Source of the DNA: a bacterium
Lineage (GTDB): Bacteria; Krumholzibacteriota; Krumholzibacteriia; G020349025
Length of the DNA stretch: 64,000 nt
Assembly (NCBI GenBank): GCA_031362565.1
Contig: JANLSU010000048.1
Span: 1 to 64,000 of the forward strand
Direction: 5' to 3'
Both the position numbers and the translations under genes were made by a program. The notes beneath the pieces are model-generated. The model saw only the letters and a program-made list of their open reading frames with translations. It did no database searches and was not told the DNA's origin. Positions 46,150 through 59,358 of this stretch are shown one piece after another; position 1 is the first letter of the stretch; each line of letters begins with the position of its first letter.

Positions 46150-47488
46150 GCGGCTCCCTCCCCGGCGGCGATGCCGGCGGCGAGCGCCAGCAGGCGTTCG
46201 GCCGCCATGCCGTCGTAGGCGGCGCGCAACGCTGCGTCGCGGGTGCGTTCGAGCACCTCGCGCGCGAAGGCCTGCACCAGCATCTCGTACGCCGCAGGCG
46301 CATCGAGCCCGCGTGACCGCAGGTAGAACAGCGCCTGGCTGTCCAACCGGCCGATCGTCGCACCGTGGGTGCAGCGCACGTCGTCGGCGTGAATTTCGAG
46401 TTCCGGCTTGGTGTCGACGAGTGCGGCCTTGGACAACAACAGGTTGTTGTTGCGCTGCTGAGCGTTGGTTTGCTGGGCATTCGGACGCACGAGCACCCGG
46501 CCGTTGAATACGCCATGCGCCGTGCCGCCAAGCACGCCCTTGTAGAGCTGCCGGCTCGTGCAGTGCGGCTCGCGGTGGTCGACGAACGTCTGGTGGTCGG
46601 CGTGCTGCGTGCCGGCATGGATCCACAGGCCGTCGAGAGTGCACTCGCCGCCCGTGGCGTCGAAGCGCACGTCGACGTCGTTGCGCCCGAGGGCGGCGCC
46701 CAATCCCAGGACGAACGACTCGAAGTGCGCATCGCGTCCGAGCCGGGCCTGGGTGCGGGCAATGTGGAAGGCGGCTTCGGAGGCGCGCTGAATCCGGTGG
46801 TGCGTGACGGTCGCAGCGTCGCCGACGATGATCTCGGTCGAGGCGTTGGTGAACGACGCACCTTGCCCGGCGTGGATTTCGACGACCGTCGCCTGAGAGT
46901 CGGGTCCGGCGACCACGAGGACGCGCGGGTGCGACTCGACTGGGCCGTCGGACTCGGGCCCCGCCACGAACACGAGTTGAATCGGGGCTTCGAGGCGGAC
47001 GCCGCGTGGGATGACGATGAGTGCTCCGTCGACTGCCAATGCAGTGTTGAGGGCCGTGAACGCGTGCGCGGCGGTCTCGGGCTCAGGGTCGACGTACGAT
47101 TCGAGCCGTGCCGTATCACGCCCCGCCCAGGCGGCGGCGAGCGATTCGATGCGGACGCCCGGCGCAAGCGCACCGGACTTCGAGAGCGCCGGCGCGTAGT
47201 GGCCGTTCACGAAAACGAGCACCGGTCCGGCGATTCCGGCGAGCGTCGCGGCGGCGGCGAGCGGCGCCATGCGGCTCGATTCGCCTGCCTCGGGTGCCGC
47301 AAACGTCGCGCGGGCGATCGGCGTCACATCGGTATGCCGCCAGGCCTCCAGGCGCGTGGTTGGAAAGCCAAGCGCCATAGAGCGTTCGAACGCCGTGCGT
47401 CGCGCCGCCTGCAACCAGGCGGGCGCCGCGCCGCGATCGATCTCCGCCCAGCGAGCGGTACGCGCGTCTTTCATGGTGGCGTGACTCG

Positions 47489-47492
<4 letters not shown>
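46146..47492 (-). CDS. sufD: FeS assembly protein SufD
   Basis: EAWRHTD, VFNGRV.V, KPELEIHADDVRCTHGAT, FYLRSRG. Confidence 0.93.
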
Positions 47493-48251
<759 letters not shown>

Positions 48252-48259
<8 letters not shown>

Positions 48260-49694
48260 CGCTTCCCTCCAGGCTCACGCCGAGCAGCTTCTGCGCTTCG
48301 ACGGCGAACTCCATGGGCAACTCGCGGAACACGTCCTTGCAGAAGCCGTTGACGATCATCGACACGGCGTCCTCGGCCGAAATGCCGCGCTGTTTGCAAT
48401 AGAAAATCTGATCGTCGCCGATCTTCGCCACGGTCGCCTCGTGCTCCATTTGCGCGTCGCTGTTCTTGACTTCGATGTACGGGAACGTGTGAGCGCCGCA
48501 TTTGTCGCCCAGGAGCATGGAGTCGCACTGCGAATAGTTGCGGGCGCCGGTGGCGTTCTTGGCGATGCGCACCAAGCCACGGTAGGTATTCTGGCCGTGG
48601 CCGGCCGAGATGCCCTTGCTGATGATGGTGCTGCGCGTGTTCTTGCCCAAGTGGATCATCTTGGTGCCGGTATCGGCTTGCTGGTAGTTGTTGGCCAGCG
48701 CCACCGAGTAGAACTCGCCCACCGAGCTTTCGCCCTGCAGGATGCAGCTTGGATACTTCCAGGTGATGGCCGAACCGGTTTCGACTTGGGTCCACGAAAT
48801 CTTCGACCGCGCGCCGGCGCACTTGCCGCGCTTGGTGACGAAATTGTAGATGCCGCCCTTGCCGTTCTTGTCGCCGGGATACCAATTCTGCACCGTCGAG
48901 TATTTGATGGATGCATCCTCGAGTGCGACGAGTTCGACCACTGCCGCGTGCAGTTGATTCTCGTCGCGCATTGGCGCAGTGCATCCCTCAAGATAGCTCA
49001 CGTGTGCGCGTTCGTCGGCGATGATCAGCGTGCGCTCGAACTGCCCGGTCTTGGCGGCATTGATGCGGAAGTACGTCGACAGCTCCATCGGGCAGCGGAC
49101 GCCCTTTGGTACGTAGACGAAGGAGCCGTCGGAAAAGACCGCCGAGTTGAGAGCCGCAAAATAGTTGTCGGTGTGCGGCACGACCGAGCCCAGGTACTTA
49201 CGCACGAGTTCCGGGTGCTCTTGCACGGCTTCCGAGAACGAGCAAAAGAGGACGCCCTTTTCGGCCAGCTTGCTCTTGAAAGTGGTCGCGACCGAGACGC
49301 TGTCGAAGACCGCATCCACCGCGACGCCCGCCAAAAGCTCGCGCTCGTGGAGCGGAATGCCGAGTTTCTCGTAGGTCTTCAGCAGTTCCGGGTCGACGTC
49401 TTCGAGCGACTTCGGGCCATCGCTCTGGTTCTTGGGCGCCGAGTAGTAGACGATCGATTGGTAGTCGATCTTCGGATAGCGGACCATGGCCCAGGTGGGT
49501 TCCACCATCGTCAGCCAATGGCGATAGGCCTTGAGCCGCCACTCGAGCATCCACTCGGGCTCGTTCTTCTTGCCCGAGATGAGCCGGACGACGTCCTCGC
49601 TCAAGCCGGGCGGAACGTGATCGGACTCGATGTCGGTCACGAACCCGTACTTGTAGTCGCGGTTCGCGATATCCTGGATTTCGTCACGTGACAT
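48252..49694 (-). CDS. sufB: FeS assembly protein SufB
   Basis: [44 protein letters not shown]. Confidence 0.96.
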
Positions 49695-49714
49695 GGTGGT
49701 TCACCCTCAGGCGT

Positions 49715-50206
49715 TCAGCGCGGTTCGATGTGCAGCATCGAGCTCAGGCGCGAGCGCTCATCGAGCGAGCGCGAGAGCGCGGATTCCTCTTGCCGCAACA
49801 GATCGGTCAGCGTCGTTTGGCGCAGGACGTCGCTCACCAGGCTCTCCAACCGGTTCCAGACCGAGCGGATGCTGCAGCCGCCCATGTGCACGCACGCCTG
49901 GTCGTCGGCGGAGTGAAAGCGTTCGCAGAACTCGCCGTCGAAGATGCGTTCACCCAATCCGTTCAAAGCGTCCAAGATCGATATCTTGTCGGCGGGGCGG
50001 GTCAGCACATAGCCGCCGCTCCGGCCGCGTACGCTCTCGACCAGGCCGCCGTGGCGCAGGAGCCCCATGAGCTTGGCCACGTGCGGCACCGTCATGCCCT
50101 CACGCCGCGCGATCTCGGTCAGGGTCATAGGCTCGGCAACCGACGACTGGGACGCCACCTGCAGAAGGCAACGGAGTCCGTATTCTTCCTGGGCGCTGAC
50201 TTTCAT
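49715..50206 (-). CDS. Rrf2/IscR-family SUF regulator
   Basis: EEYGLRCL, SVRGRSGGY, three-Cys cluster; first gene of the suf operon. Confidence 0.9.
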   Translation of the reverse strand: MKVSAQEEYGLRCLLQVASQSSVAEPMTLTEIARREGMTVPHVAKLMGLLRHGGLVESVRGRSGGYVLTRPADKISILDALNGLGERIFDGEFCERFHSADDQACVHMGGCSIRSVWNRLESLVSDVLRQTTLTDLLRQEESALSRSLDERSRLSSMLHIEPR

Positions 50207-50247
50207 GGATCGCCGCTTCCCGTTGGGGCCCCTCTGGACCGAGGTGC

Positions 50248-50282
50248 ATCCTCTCAAATTTATACGTTATGGTCAAGTATTC
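50248..50282 (-). promoter_or_regulatory. Putative suf promoter with IscR-like half-site
   Basis: GAATAC-TTGACC-N17-GAGGAT on the minus strand. Confidence 0.45.
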
Positions 50283-50801
50283 GGCCAGGGGCTGTCAGCA
50301 TAGGCGTTAGCGGCGTCGGGGTGGTCCTTGGCGACCCTCCCCCGGCCCTCCTCCCCGGCCCTCCCCCCGTGCTGTAGTCGCGACTGTCGGACGGTCGTGT
50401 TCGCGGTGCTCGTGTCGACGCCGTGGACACATCCCAGATACGCCGGTTGACGAACGGCGCGCCACGTTTCCGAAACACCACGGCCGCGGCGCCACATTCC
50501 GCCAGCCGCGGTCACGGCCTGCCGATTGCCAGGACCGGTTGCAGCGCCAGTCCACCCGCGCCGGCGAGCGCGGGTGTGGCCGAACCGGCCAGAACGCCGT
50601 CTCGGGCCGGAGGGGTTTGCAGGGTGTGACACGTTGTGCGGCAGCCATCGACTCGGCTCGGGAGCGCAGACGTTTTCCATCCGCGGTCGACCGCGCTGCA
50701 TTCGCATCGTCTCCGTACAGCCCGTCCGCTCGGGCGACGAAGAGGCTGTCCACGGCGTTGACACGGGACGAACTCGATCTCGGCGTCGCGATGCAAAAGC
50801 A

Positions 50802-50835
50802 GCGAGAAAAGGCTCGTTCTAGAACGAGTTCTCGC
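50802..50835 (-). terminator. Palindrome/hairpin downstream of the gene ending at 50862
   Basis: Perfect 16-bp palindrome CTCGTTCTAGAACGAG followed by T-runs on the minus strand; could instead be an operator. Confidence 0.4.
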
Positions 50836-50861
50836 TCGATCACACGGCGATGGGTCCGCCT

Positions 50862-52046
50862 CTACCGCAAGGCAGCCAGGACCCGTGAGCGGTGGTAGTC
50901 GGAATCGATCCTGTGGGCGGCTTCGAGGCAGGCTTCGCGGGTCGCGGCGTCGAGACTGCGGCCGTTGGCGAGGGCTTCGAGGACCTGGCCTTTGTGGTAG
51001 TCCGAATCGATGCGGCCCGCGGAGCGCGCGATGCCCTGGAGAAGCTCCGGGGTGAGATCTTGGCCGTCGAGGAGGTCTTGGAGAACCCGGGCGTGTTCGT
51101 AGTCGGAGTCGATGCCGTCGACGGCGGCGAAGTACGGTGTCACGAGACTCGCTCCGAGCATGTGCTTGTCGTTCACATCGCGCAACAGCTCGGCGCGCTC
51201 GTGATCGGAGTCCAGGTCGAGGGCGCCGCGCAGCACGGCTTCGAGAACGCTGGCGTCGCAGGCGCTGTTCTCGAGAATCGCATGCAGGGCCTTGCGGTGC
51301 TCGTAGTCGGAATCGATCTGGTGCGATGCGTCGGCGCAGGCGACGAGCGCCGCGGGCGTGACTGCCGGCACCCGGGTTGCGGCCACCACGAATTCGGCGA
51401 GTTCGTAGTCCGAGTCGATGCCGCGTCCGGCGGCCGGTGCGAGCCGCTCGACCAGCGCTCCATCGGCTTCCGGCAATTTCATCAAGTGTGAATAGGCGAC
51501 GCGCTTGTCGTAGCTGCCGTCGTAGAGGGCGATTTCCTTGATGGCACCCTCGATTCCGTCGCGCTGCAGAACGCGCTGCAGGTGGCGCTCGGCGTGGGCC
51601 TTGTTGTAGCGCGACACCGTGCGCAGCACTTCGGCGAACCATTCTTGCGCCGCGGTGTCGATCGACGCCGTGTCACCATCGCGTTTGTACACGCGGTCCA
51701 GACTGCCCGCGTCATTCGAGCGAATCTCGATCGACTGCCGGACGCGCCCCAAACGCCGTTCTTCGGCGCGGAAGTAGCCGCGCTTGTCGATCGACGAGAT
51801 GTCGCGCTCGTCGTCGGCGACGTCGTAGCAACCCTTGCTGTCCACCTTGAGGGTGCGGCCGCCATCCTGGACGCGCAGATGCAAATCGCAGCCGTCATCG
51901 CTCACCCGGATCGAAGCCGGGAAACCGAACTGCACATGACCGGCGCGCGCCGCGGTCGGACCGCAAAACGCCACCACGACGAAACACACCACGGCCGGCG
52001 TCCAGCGCTCGAACCCACTGTTGCGATGCCGAATCGAACCCCGCAT
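50862..52046 (-). CDS. Exported helical-repeat protein (IDSDYE repeats)
   Basis: Signal-like N-terminus; repeated (I/L)DSD(Y/H)(E/H) units spaced about 35 aa. Confidence 0.75.
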   Translation of the reverse strand: MRGSIRHRNSGFERWTPAVVCFVVVAFCGPTAARAGHVQFGFPASIRVSDDGCDLHLRVQDGGRTLKVDSKGCYDVADDERDISSIDKRGYFRAEERRLGRVRQSIEIRSNDAGSLDRVYKRDGDTASIDTAAQEWFAEVLRTVSRYNKAHAERHLQRVLQRDGIEGAIKEIALYDGSYDKRVAYSHLMKLPEADGALVERLAPAAGRGIDSDYELAEFVVAATRVPAVTPAALVACADASHQIDSDYEHRKALHAILENSACDASVLEAVLRGALDLDSDHERAELLRDVNDKHMLGASLVTPYFAAVDGIDSDYEHARVLQDLLDGQDLTPELLQGIARSAGRIDSDYHKGQVLEALANGRSLDAATREACLEAAHRIDSDYHRSRVLAALR

Positions 52047-52290
52047 GACGCCGACCTCCTTGGCAGACCTGTCTCGCCGCACCGATCGCGCCCCGCCCGA
52101 TCGCCATCGATTCAAGGGGCGGCAGTGCCGGCGAGGCGGGGGCCCCGGGGTCGAGGCCGCATCGGCCCGCCCCGCAACTGATACTCGGATTTGGATACGC
52201 AGGCCCACGGGCCCGGGTTCGGTGGGGAGCGCCAGGCCGCTGGGGCACCAGGGTGGGTTGGGGGCAACGGGGCCTTCGGCGCCCGGCCGG

Positions 52291-55029
52291 TCAGCCCGGG
52301 ATGATCGCCCGCCGGACGTGGAGCAAGCGGCCGGTCGACGCGGCGAAGGCGTACACCAGCAATGCCACCAGATACACCAGGCCGACGGTCGCTGCCGGGG
52401 CATACCAGGCCGAAAAATCGGTGGTGAGCGGGAAGTACGCGACGAGCGTCGCGAGGACGAGATTCGTGCCGATGGCGGCGAACAGGCCGAGGCGCAAGAG
52501 CACCGTAACCAGAATGCCCATCCCGATGGCGCTCGCGACATACGTCACAACCCCGGCGCTCTCACCACCACTTCCCGCCAAGAAACTGAAAATGAGCCAA
52601 ATGAGGACCGGCGCCACCGCCGGACGCCGTACCAGCATGCGCAGCGACACCACCATGAACAGCATCACCATCGGCTCGAAGATGACGCCGGTCTGCAAGT
52701 CGCAGAGCATTGCCAGGATGCCGGAGGTGCTCTGCAACGGCGCGATGAGCGTCGTCTCCGGAAGCGACGGCTCACCCATCCGCGCCGCAATCAGGTCCTT
52801 CAGCAAGAAGACCACCAGCATCAGAACGCCCGCCGCCATGCCAAGCAAGAGGTCGCGCCCGACGCGCGGGTCGCGCAGACGCCCCGCCAGAACTCGATTC
52901 CAGCCGATCAAACTGTCCGGCCAATGGCGCCGCACGTAAGGCTCGAGCCCGACATACAGCAGCCAGACGAGCGTCGAGATGAAGAGAATGACTCCCAAGC
53001 AAGGCACGAACAGCGACCACTCGTCGTTCGGGGATGAGGTGTGGTGTGCCGACAGCACCCAGGAGATCAGATTCAGCACCAAGAGGATGAGCGCGATGCG
53101 CGTCGCGCCGCGGTAGTCGCCATGGCCGCGTTTGACGCTGCGGCGCGCCAGTGCTGCGGCACCCAGAATCAACAAGAACAGGAGAACACCTACAAAGGTC
53201 TGCGCACCGCGCTGTTGCGCCGTCAGTGGCCGTTTCGTCATGCGCTCGGCACGGGTCCACGGCGCGACAATCTGAAATGAACTGATGCGGCCCCGGTAGG
53301 CGCCCGCTTCGACACGCAGCGGCACGCCGGGCAATTCCGGATCCTCGCCGACCCAGGCGGCGCGCCGGTCGGCGAAGGCCTGCGGCACCCACTGTGGCTC
53401 GGCGGTCGAGAACAGCTTCGCGTCGAGACCCGCGGCCGTGAACGCCCGCGTCCAGTCGGGTTCCGATGCCGCCGTTGCCGATGAATCGATCTGCGCCGGC
53501 ACGGCTTCGAGGCGGCGCAGGCGCCCGGCCGGATCCAGGACAACGCTCAGCATGCCGGAGTGCAACAGCGGCGGATCGGAGAGCGACACGGCACCGCCGG
53601 TCTCCGTCGTCAACGGCGCCATGCGCTCGGGGCTGCGGCGATACCAGAACGAGATCGCGGCCGTGCGCGGCACCGCGAGTCCATCCCACCGCTGTGCACC
53701 GTGCTGGTGATGACGCACCCAATCGATGTAGTCGACATCCGTGGTGAAACCGCGCGCGTGATCTCCCGGTGCATCCACGTAACCCAGGTCGGCTACGATC
53801 TGAACGGCACGGTCTTCGAGAACCGCCGGCGGCTTGTGCAAAGGCACACGGTTGACGAGATACCTTTGGCCCGAGACGGCGAGCAGGAGGCCCATTCCGG
53901 CCAATGCACCGGCGAGCACGCCCCAGGCGACACCGCGGCGCAATCCCCCGGCACCACCTGCCGCCGCAACGATTTCCGGTGACGGCATTTCGCCGGCCGC
54001 GAGCGCTGCCGCCAGCGGATCACCGCCCGGCAAGGATGCGGCGACCGCGAGTGCCGACTCCGGCCGCACCGCCGGGTCTTTGTCGAGACAACGCAGAATG
54101 GCGCGCTCGATGACCGGATCGAGGTCTTCGAGAATCGACGACGGATCCGCCGGCATCTTCTCGCGCTGCAACCGCTCGACTTCCAGAACCGAATCGGCGC
54201 GAAACGCCCGCCGGCCGGTGAAGATCTCGTACAACACGAGCCCGAGTGAATACACATCGCTGCGAATCGAGACGGTGTTGCTCGTCAGTTGCTCGGGGGC
54301 CATGTAGGCCGGCGTGCCGGCGCGCTTCTCTTGCGGGCCGGTGTGCTCGACGAGCACCGCCAAACCGAAGTCGGTGATGCGTACCTTGCCCTGCGCATCG
54401 ATCATGATGTTGGCCGGCTTGAGATCGCGGTGCAGCACGCCGCGCTCGTGGGCGGCAGCCAGACCAGCGCAGAGTTGCCGCGCCACGTCGAGCGCCTTGT
54501 CCTCCGGCAGCCGTCCGATGCGGCGCAAGAGCGACCCCAGGTCGTCGCCCTCCACCAGTTCCATCGACAAATACGGCACGCCGTCGATGACACCGACGTC
54601 GTAGACCCGGCAGACACTCGGATGCGAGACCTGGCGCGCGATACGCACTTCGCCGTAGAAACGCGCCTGGCGATCGGGGTTTTCCGCCAAATTGCGCGGC
54701 AGGAACTTGAGCGCCACCGCTTGCTCGAGCAAGAGGTCGTCGGCCCGGTACACTTCGCCCATGCCGCCCCGCCCCAGCAAGCCGATGATCCGGAACCGGC
54801 CGCCGACGACGGAACCGGAGGCGAAACCACTGTCCTCGGAACTCTGCGATTGGACCCACGCCGCACTGGAGGCGATCGACGCATAGCGCGGCGAACCGGG
54901 CGACATGGCGTTCGGGGCGTTGGTCAGAATCGTGCGTTCATTGTCGTCGCTCTGCAACGAGCTGCCGCACGCCGGGCAGAACGGGGTGAGACGGTCGAGT
55001 TCCTGCGAACACGTCGGACACTGCCGCAC
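52291..55029 (-). CDS. Membrane Ser/Thr protein kinase with extracytoplasmic and multi-TM domains
   Basis: N-terminal zinc ribbon (CPTC, CPAC); LGRGGMGEVY, VALK, HRDLKPAN, TDFG, GTPAYMAPE. Confidence 0.92.
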   Translation of the reverse strand: MRQCPTCSQELDRLTPFCPACGSSLQSDDNERTILTNAPNAMSPGSPRYASIASSAAWVQSQSSEDSGFASGSVVGGRFRIIGLLGRGGMGEVYRADDLLLEQAVALKFLPRNLAENPDRQARFYGEVRIARQVSHPSVCRVYDVGVIDGVPYLSMELVEGDDLGSLLRRIGRLPEDKALDVARQLCAGLAAAHERGVLHRDLKPANIMIDAQGKVRITDFGLAVLVEHTGPQEKRAGTPAYMAPEQLTSNTVSIRSDVYSLGLVLYEIFTGRRAFRADSVLEVERLQREKMPADPSSILEDLDPVIERAILRCLDKDPAVRPESALAVAASLPGGDPLAAALAAGEMPSPEIVAAAGGAGGLRRGVAWGVLAGALAGMGLLLAVSGQRYLVNRVPLHKPPAVLEDRAVQIVADLGYVDAPGDHARGFTTDVDYIDWVRHHQHGAQRWDGLAVPRTAAISFWYRRSPERMAPLTTETGGAVSLSDPPLLHSGMLSVVLDPAGRLRRLEAVPAQIDSSATAASEPDWTRAFTAAGLDAKLFSTAEPQWVPQAFADRRAAWVGEDPELPGVPLRVEAGAYRGRISSFQIVAPWTRAERMTKRPLTAQQRGAQTFVGVLLFLLILGAAALARRSVKRGHGDYRGATRIALILLVLNLISWVLSAHHTSSPNDEWSLFVPCLGVILFISTLVWLLYVGLEPYVRRHWPDSLIGWNRVLAGRLRDPRVGRDLLLGMAAGVLMLVVFLLKDLIAARMGEPSLPETTLIAPLQSTSGILAMLCDLQTGVIFEPMVMLFMVVSLRMLVRRPAVAPVLIWLIFSFLAGSGGESAGVVTYVASAIGMGILVTVLLRLGLFAAIGTNLVLATLVAYFPLTTDFSAWYAPAATVGLVYLVALLVYAFAASTGRLLHVRRAIIPG

Positions 55030-55098
55030 GGCTTTCGACTCCAAGGCGAGGGAACGCCGTCCGGGGCTTTGGCGGCCCCGGACGGCTTTGCCCAAGGG

Positions 55099-56594
55099 TC
55101 ACTTCTCGAACATCGACTCCACCGGCACGACGCGGACGTCGCGAATCGCCAGCGGGAAGACGGCGATCAGCTTGTCTTGCTCGACCACCGGGGCCGGCTT
55201 CTCCGAGTCGTAGGTGATCGGACTCGGCGCATCGGACAGGAGTGCCGCTTTCAGCTTCTCCGACTCCCCGGTCACCATGGCGATCTTCAAGTTGTCGTAC
55301 TGCAGGTGCTTGTGAATCGCCGCGTTGACATCGGCGAGCGTCAGCGCCTGCATCATCTTGCGAAACTCTTCCAGGTGGCTCTTCTCGAGCCCGTAGAACT
55401 GGTCGTCGACGGCATAGCCGAGCCGCGTCGTCGTCGTCTCGGCAAAGTGCAGCACGTACTTGTAGAGGAAGGAGCGCGTCAGTTCGAACTCCTCCTGGGT
55501 CATGCCGTTGTCGACCAAGTCCTTGAGCTCGCCCATCCCAGCGCGCAGCGCGAACTGCGCCTTGTCGTTCTTGAGTGTCCGGATCCAGACTTGGAAGAGC
55601 TGTTGGCGGCGGCCGACATTCGCCGGCGGCATGCGCCGTTGCCCGCCCTCCGGGAACGCCTCGATATACGAGTAGTCCCCGTAGTTCAAGCCGCGCGCCT
55701 CCCGGATCACCTGGTAGAGATGGCTCGAGGAGTTGCGGTGTTCACCGAGCCACGAGTTGGCGATCCACAAGGCGTAGAAATCCTTCTCGCCGCGATGCAC
55801 GTCGAGCGGGAAACCGAACGCGATCGTGCAATCGGCATTCGGTTTGGCGACCATGACCACCTGGTGGCCCTGGATGCTCTTGGGCTGCGGCGGCGGAACC
55901 GCCGCCACCTTCCCAGCCGGCAGCGATTGCACCGATTTCTCGAAGCGCGACTGCAATTCTTTCGAATAGCCGCCGCCCAGCGCCACGACCGCGTTGTCGC
56001 GCGTGAAGTATTTCGCGTAGAAGGCCTTCACATCGTCGAGCGTGATCGACTCCAGGCCCTGCACCGTGCCCGAGGCCGGGAATTGGTACGGAGTTCCTTC
56101 GAACACCGCCCAGTCGAGCGCCGCCTTCGCCAGCTCTTCGTCCGAAGCGTAGCGCAACGTGTTCTTCAGGTAGTTGATCTGATCGCTCTTGAGGCGATCG
56201 AAATCATCCGGCGCAAACGCCGGCCGCAAGTAGGCGTCGGCGAACAGCGCCGCGAATTTATCGGCGTTGTCCAAGTGCGTGCGCCCGCCGAACGTCGTCA
56301 TTTCCTTGTCGACGCGGATCTCGTACGCCGACGCCAACGGATACAGCTTCTTCAGGATGTCTTCGTACTTGTTGTCCTTGGTGCTGGCCTGCGACAGCAT
56401 TTCGCCGGTGAGCGCCGCCAAACCTTCCTTGCCGGGCGGATCGTTCTGCGCGCCGACCTTGAACCAGATCCCCATCGTCAGGGTGGGGTCGTCCTTCACC
56501 GGCAGCAGCACCGCGGACGACTTGCCGCGCTCCTGCCCCGATGCGGCTGCAGCCACCAGCAGCACCATTCCGAACATCAGCATCTCCTTGCGCA

Positions 56595-56595
<1 letters not shown>
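55099..56595 (-). CDS. M16 family zinc protease, non-catalytic subunit
   Basis: DPPGKEGLA without HxxEH; IREARGLNYG; signal peptide. Confidence 0.88.
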
Positions 56596-57938
<1,343 letters not shown>

Positions 57939-58254
57939 TCGCGTTCTCCTTGCGGTTCGGAGGGGTCGCGGCCCCGGCGAGACTTTGGGCCTTGGCCGGC
58001 ATCATAGCGCAAGTCGCGGCGCCGCGAAGCGGTGCAGCCTCCGGGCTGCCGCGCCGCGCTGCCGCCGCCGGGAGTGGGCGGGGGGCCGCCGGCTGGGAGA
58101 CCGGGCTCCGGTTCGAAGGCGGGGTTACGGTCCGAAAGCGGGGCCACGGTGGTCCGAAAGCCGGGCTACGCCCCGGAACCGGCGCGGCGGCCGCGCCGCG
58201 ACTTGCCGCGACTTGTCCACCACCCGTTCGGTCGCCTGCGCTAGAGTCGCCCCC

Positions 58255-58653
58255 ATGGTGCGTTGCGGGGTCGATCTAGTCGAGGTGGCGCGGGTGCGCG
58301 CCGCCATCGAAGCGCACGGCGAACGCCTGCTGGCGCGGGTCTTCACGGCCCGCGAGATCGCCTATTGCGCCGCCCGGCGCGACCCGTTCCCCCACTATGC
58401 GGCGCGCTTCGCCCTCAAAGAAGCCTTCTACAAGTCGATCCCGTACGGCCACCTCGCGGCGCTCGTGTGGAAGGAAGCCGGACTCCAGCACGGACCCGGC
58501 GGGGCGCCCGAACTCGAGCTGCACGGCGCGACGCGTGACCAGCTCCACGGCTGGCAGTTCTCGGTGAGTGTGTCGCACACGCGCCGCCTGGCGATCGCCC
58601 AGGTGTTGGCGCAGCCGCCCGGCGTTTCGTTGTCATTGCACGATTTCGAATAG
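58255..58653 (+). CDS. acpS: Holo-ACP synthase
   Basis: GVDLVEV.R, AARFALKEAFYK, SVSHT. Confidence 0.92.
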   Translation: MVRCGVDLVEVARVRAAIEAHGERLLARVFTAREIAYCAARRDPFPHYAARFALKEAFYKSIPYGHLAALVWKEAGLQHGPGGAPELELHGATRDQLHGWQFSVSVSHTRRLAIAQVLAQPPGVSLSLHDFE

Positions 58654-58871
58654 GAACGATGCGGCGGTTATGCGTGCGCGGGTGCGCGTCATCGGGCGCG
58701 CTGAAGCCGGCTTCGATCAGCAACTGAACAACTAGCGAGCCGCAAACACCAGGTGCGACCAGCCCCCCTTTGAGATTCCAGCCGCCCCTTGGAGGAAGAT
58801 CTCGGAATAGACGGGCGGGCGCCGTGGTTCCGAACAGGGGTTGGTCGCATTTGCTCCGAGAGCCTTTGAAA

Positions 58872-59342
58872 ATGAGGTGTGCCTTGAAATCAGCTGCCGT
58901 CGTGGTTCTTTTCGCTGCTGCGCTGGGAGTGGCTGGGTGCAAGAGTGACCCGGTACAGCCCATCATCAACAACAACGGGCCGGTCGCACCGACAACAGTC
59001 CTACGGACTGGAACGTTGACCGCGGAGAACGGCACCCCCACCGCAGGTTCAGTTTCGGTCATCCGCGACGCAAACAACGACCAATGGGTCACGTTCGGAT
59101 CAAATTTCACCTCGTCCTTCGCGACCGGAACCGTGACGGTTTATCTGGCGAAGGCTGCGTCGCGCATTGGCGATCAGCGCGTGCTCCCACCGCCTCCCGT
59201 ACCGAACATCCTTGCGGCCGGTTTCGTGTCGTCGAACGGCGCTCAGGCGCTGAAGCTGCCGGCGTCGTCGACGGGCTTCGGCTACGTCGTGCTGTACTGC
59301 GAGACTGCGGAGATCAATTTTGGCAACGCGCCCCTCAACTAG
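58872..59342 (+). CDS. DM13-like lipoprotein
   Basis: VAGC lipobox; VYLAK; YVVLYCETAEINFGNAPL C-terminus typical of DM13. Confidence 0.7.
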   Translation: MRCALKSAAVVVLFAAALGVAGCKSDPVQPIINNNGPVAPTTVLRTGTLTAENGTPTAGSVSVIRDANNDQWVTFGSNFTSSFATGTVTVYLAKAASRIGDQRVLPPPPVPNILAAGFVSSNGAQALKLPASSTGFGYVVLYCETAEINFGNAPLN

Positions 59343-59358
59343 GGTGCTCGGACTGTCG

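Noticed and set aside
50290..50860. Small ORFs or an RNA gene in the long intergenic region upstream of suf
   Set aside because: No convincing RBS or coding motif, and no tRNA, SRP or tmRNA signature recognised
58742..58854. SRP or 6S RNA
   Set aside because: No SRP helix-8 GNRA/AGCAG signature and too short for 6S RNA; kept only as an unknown structured leader
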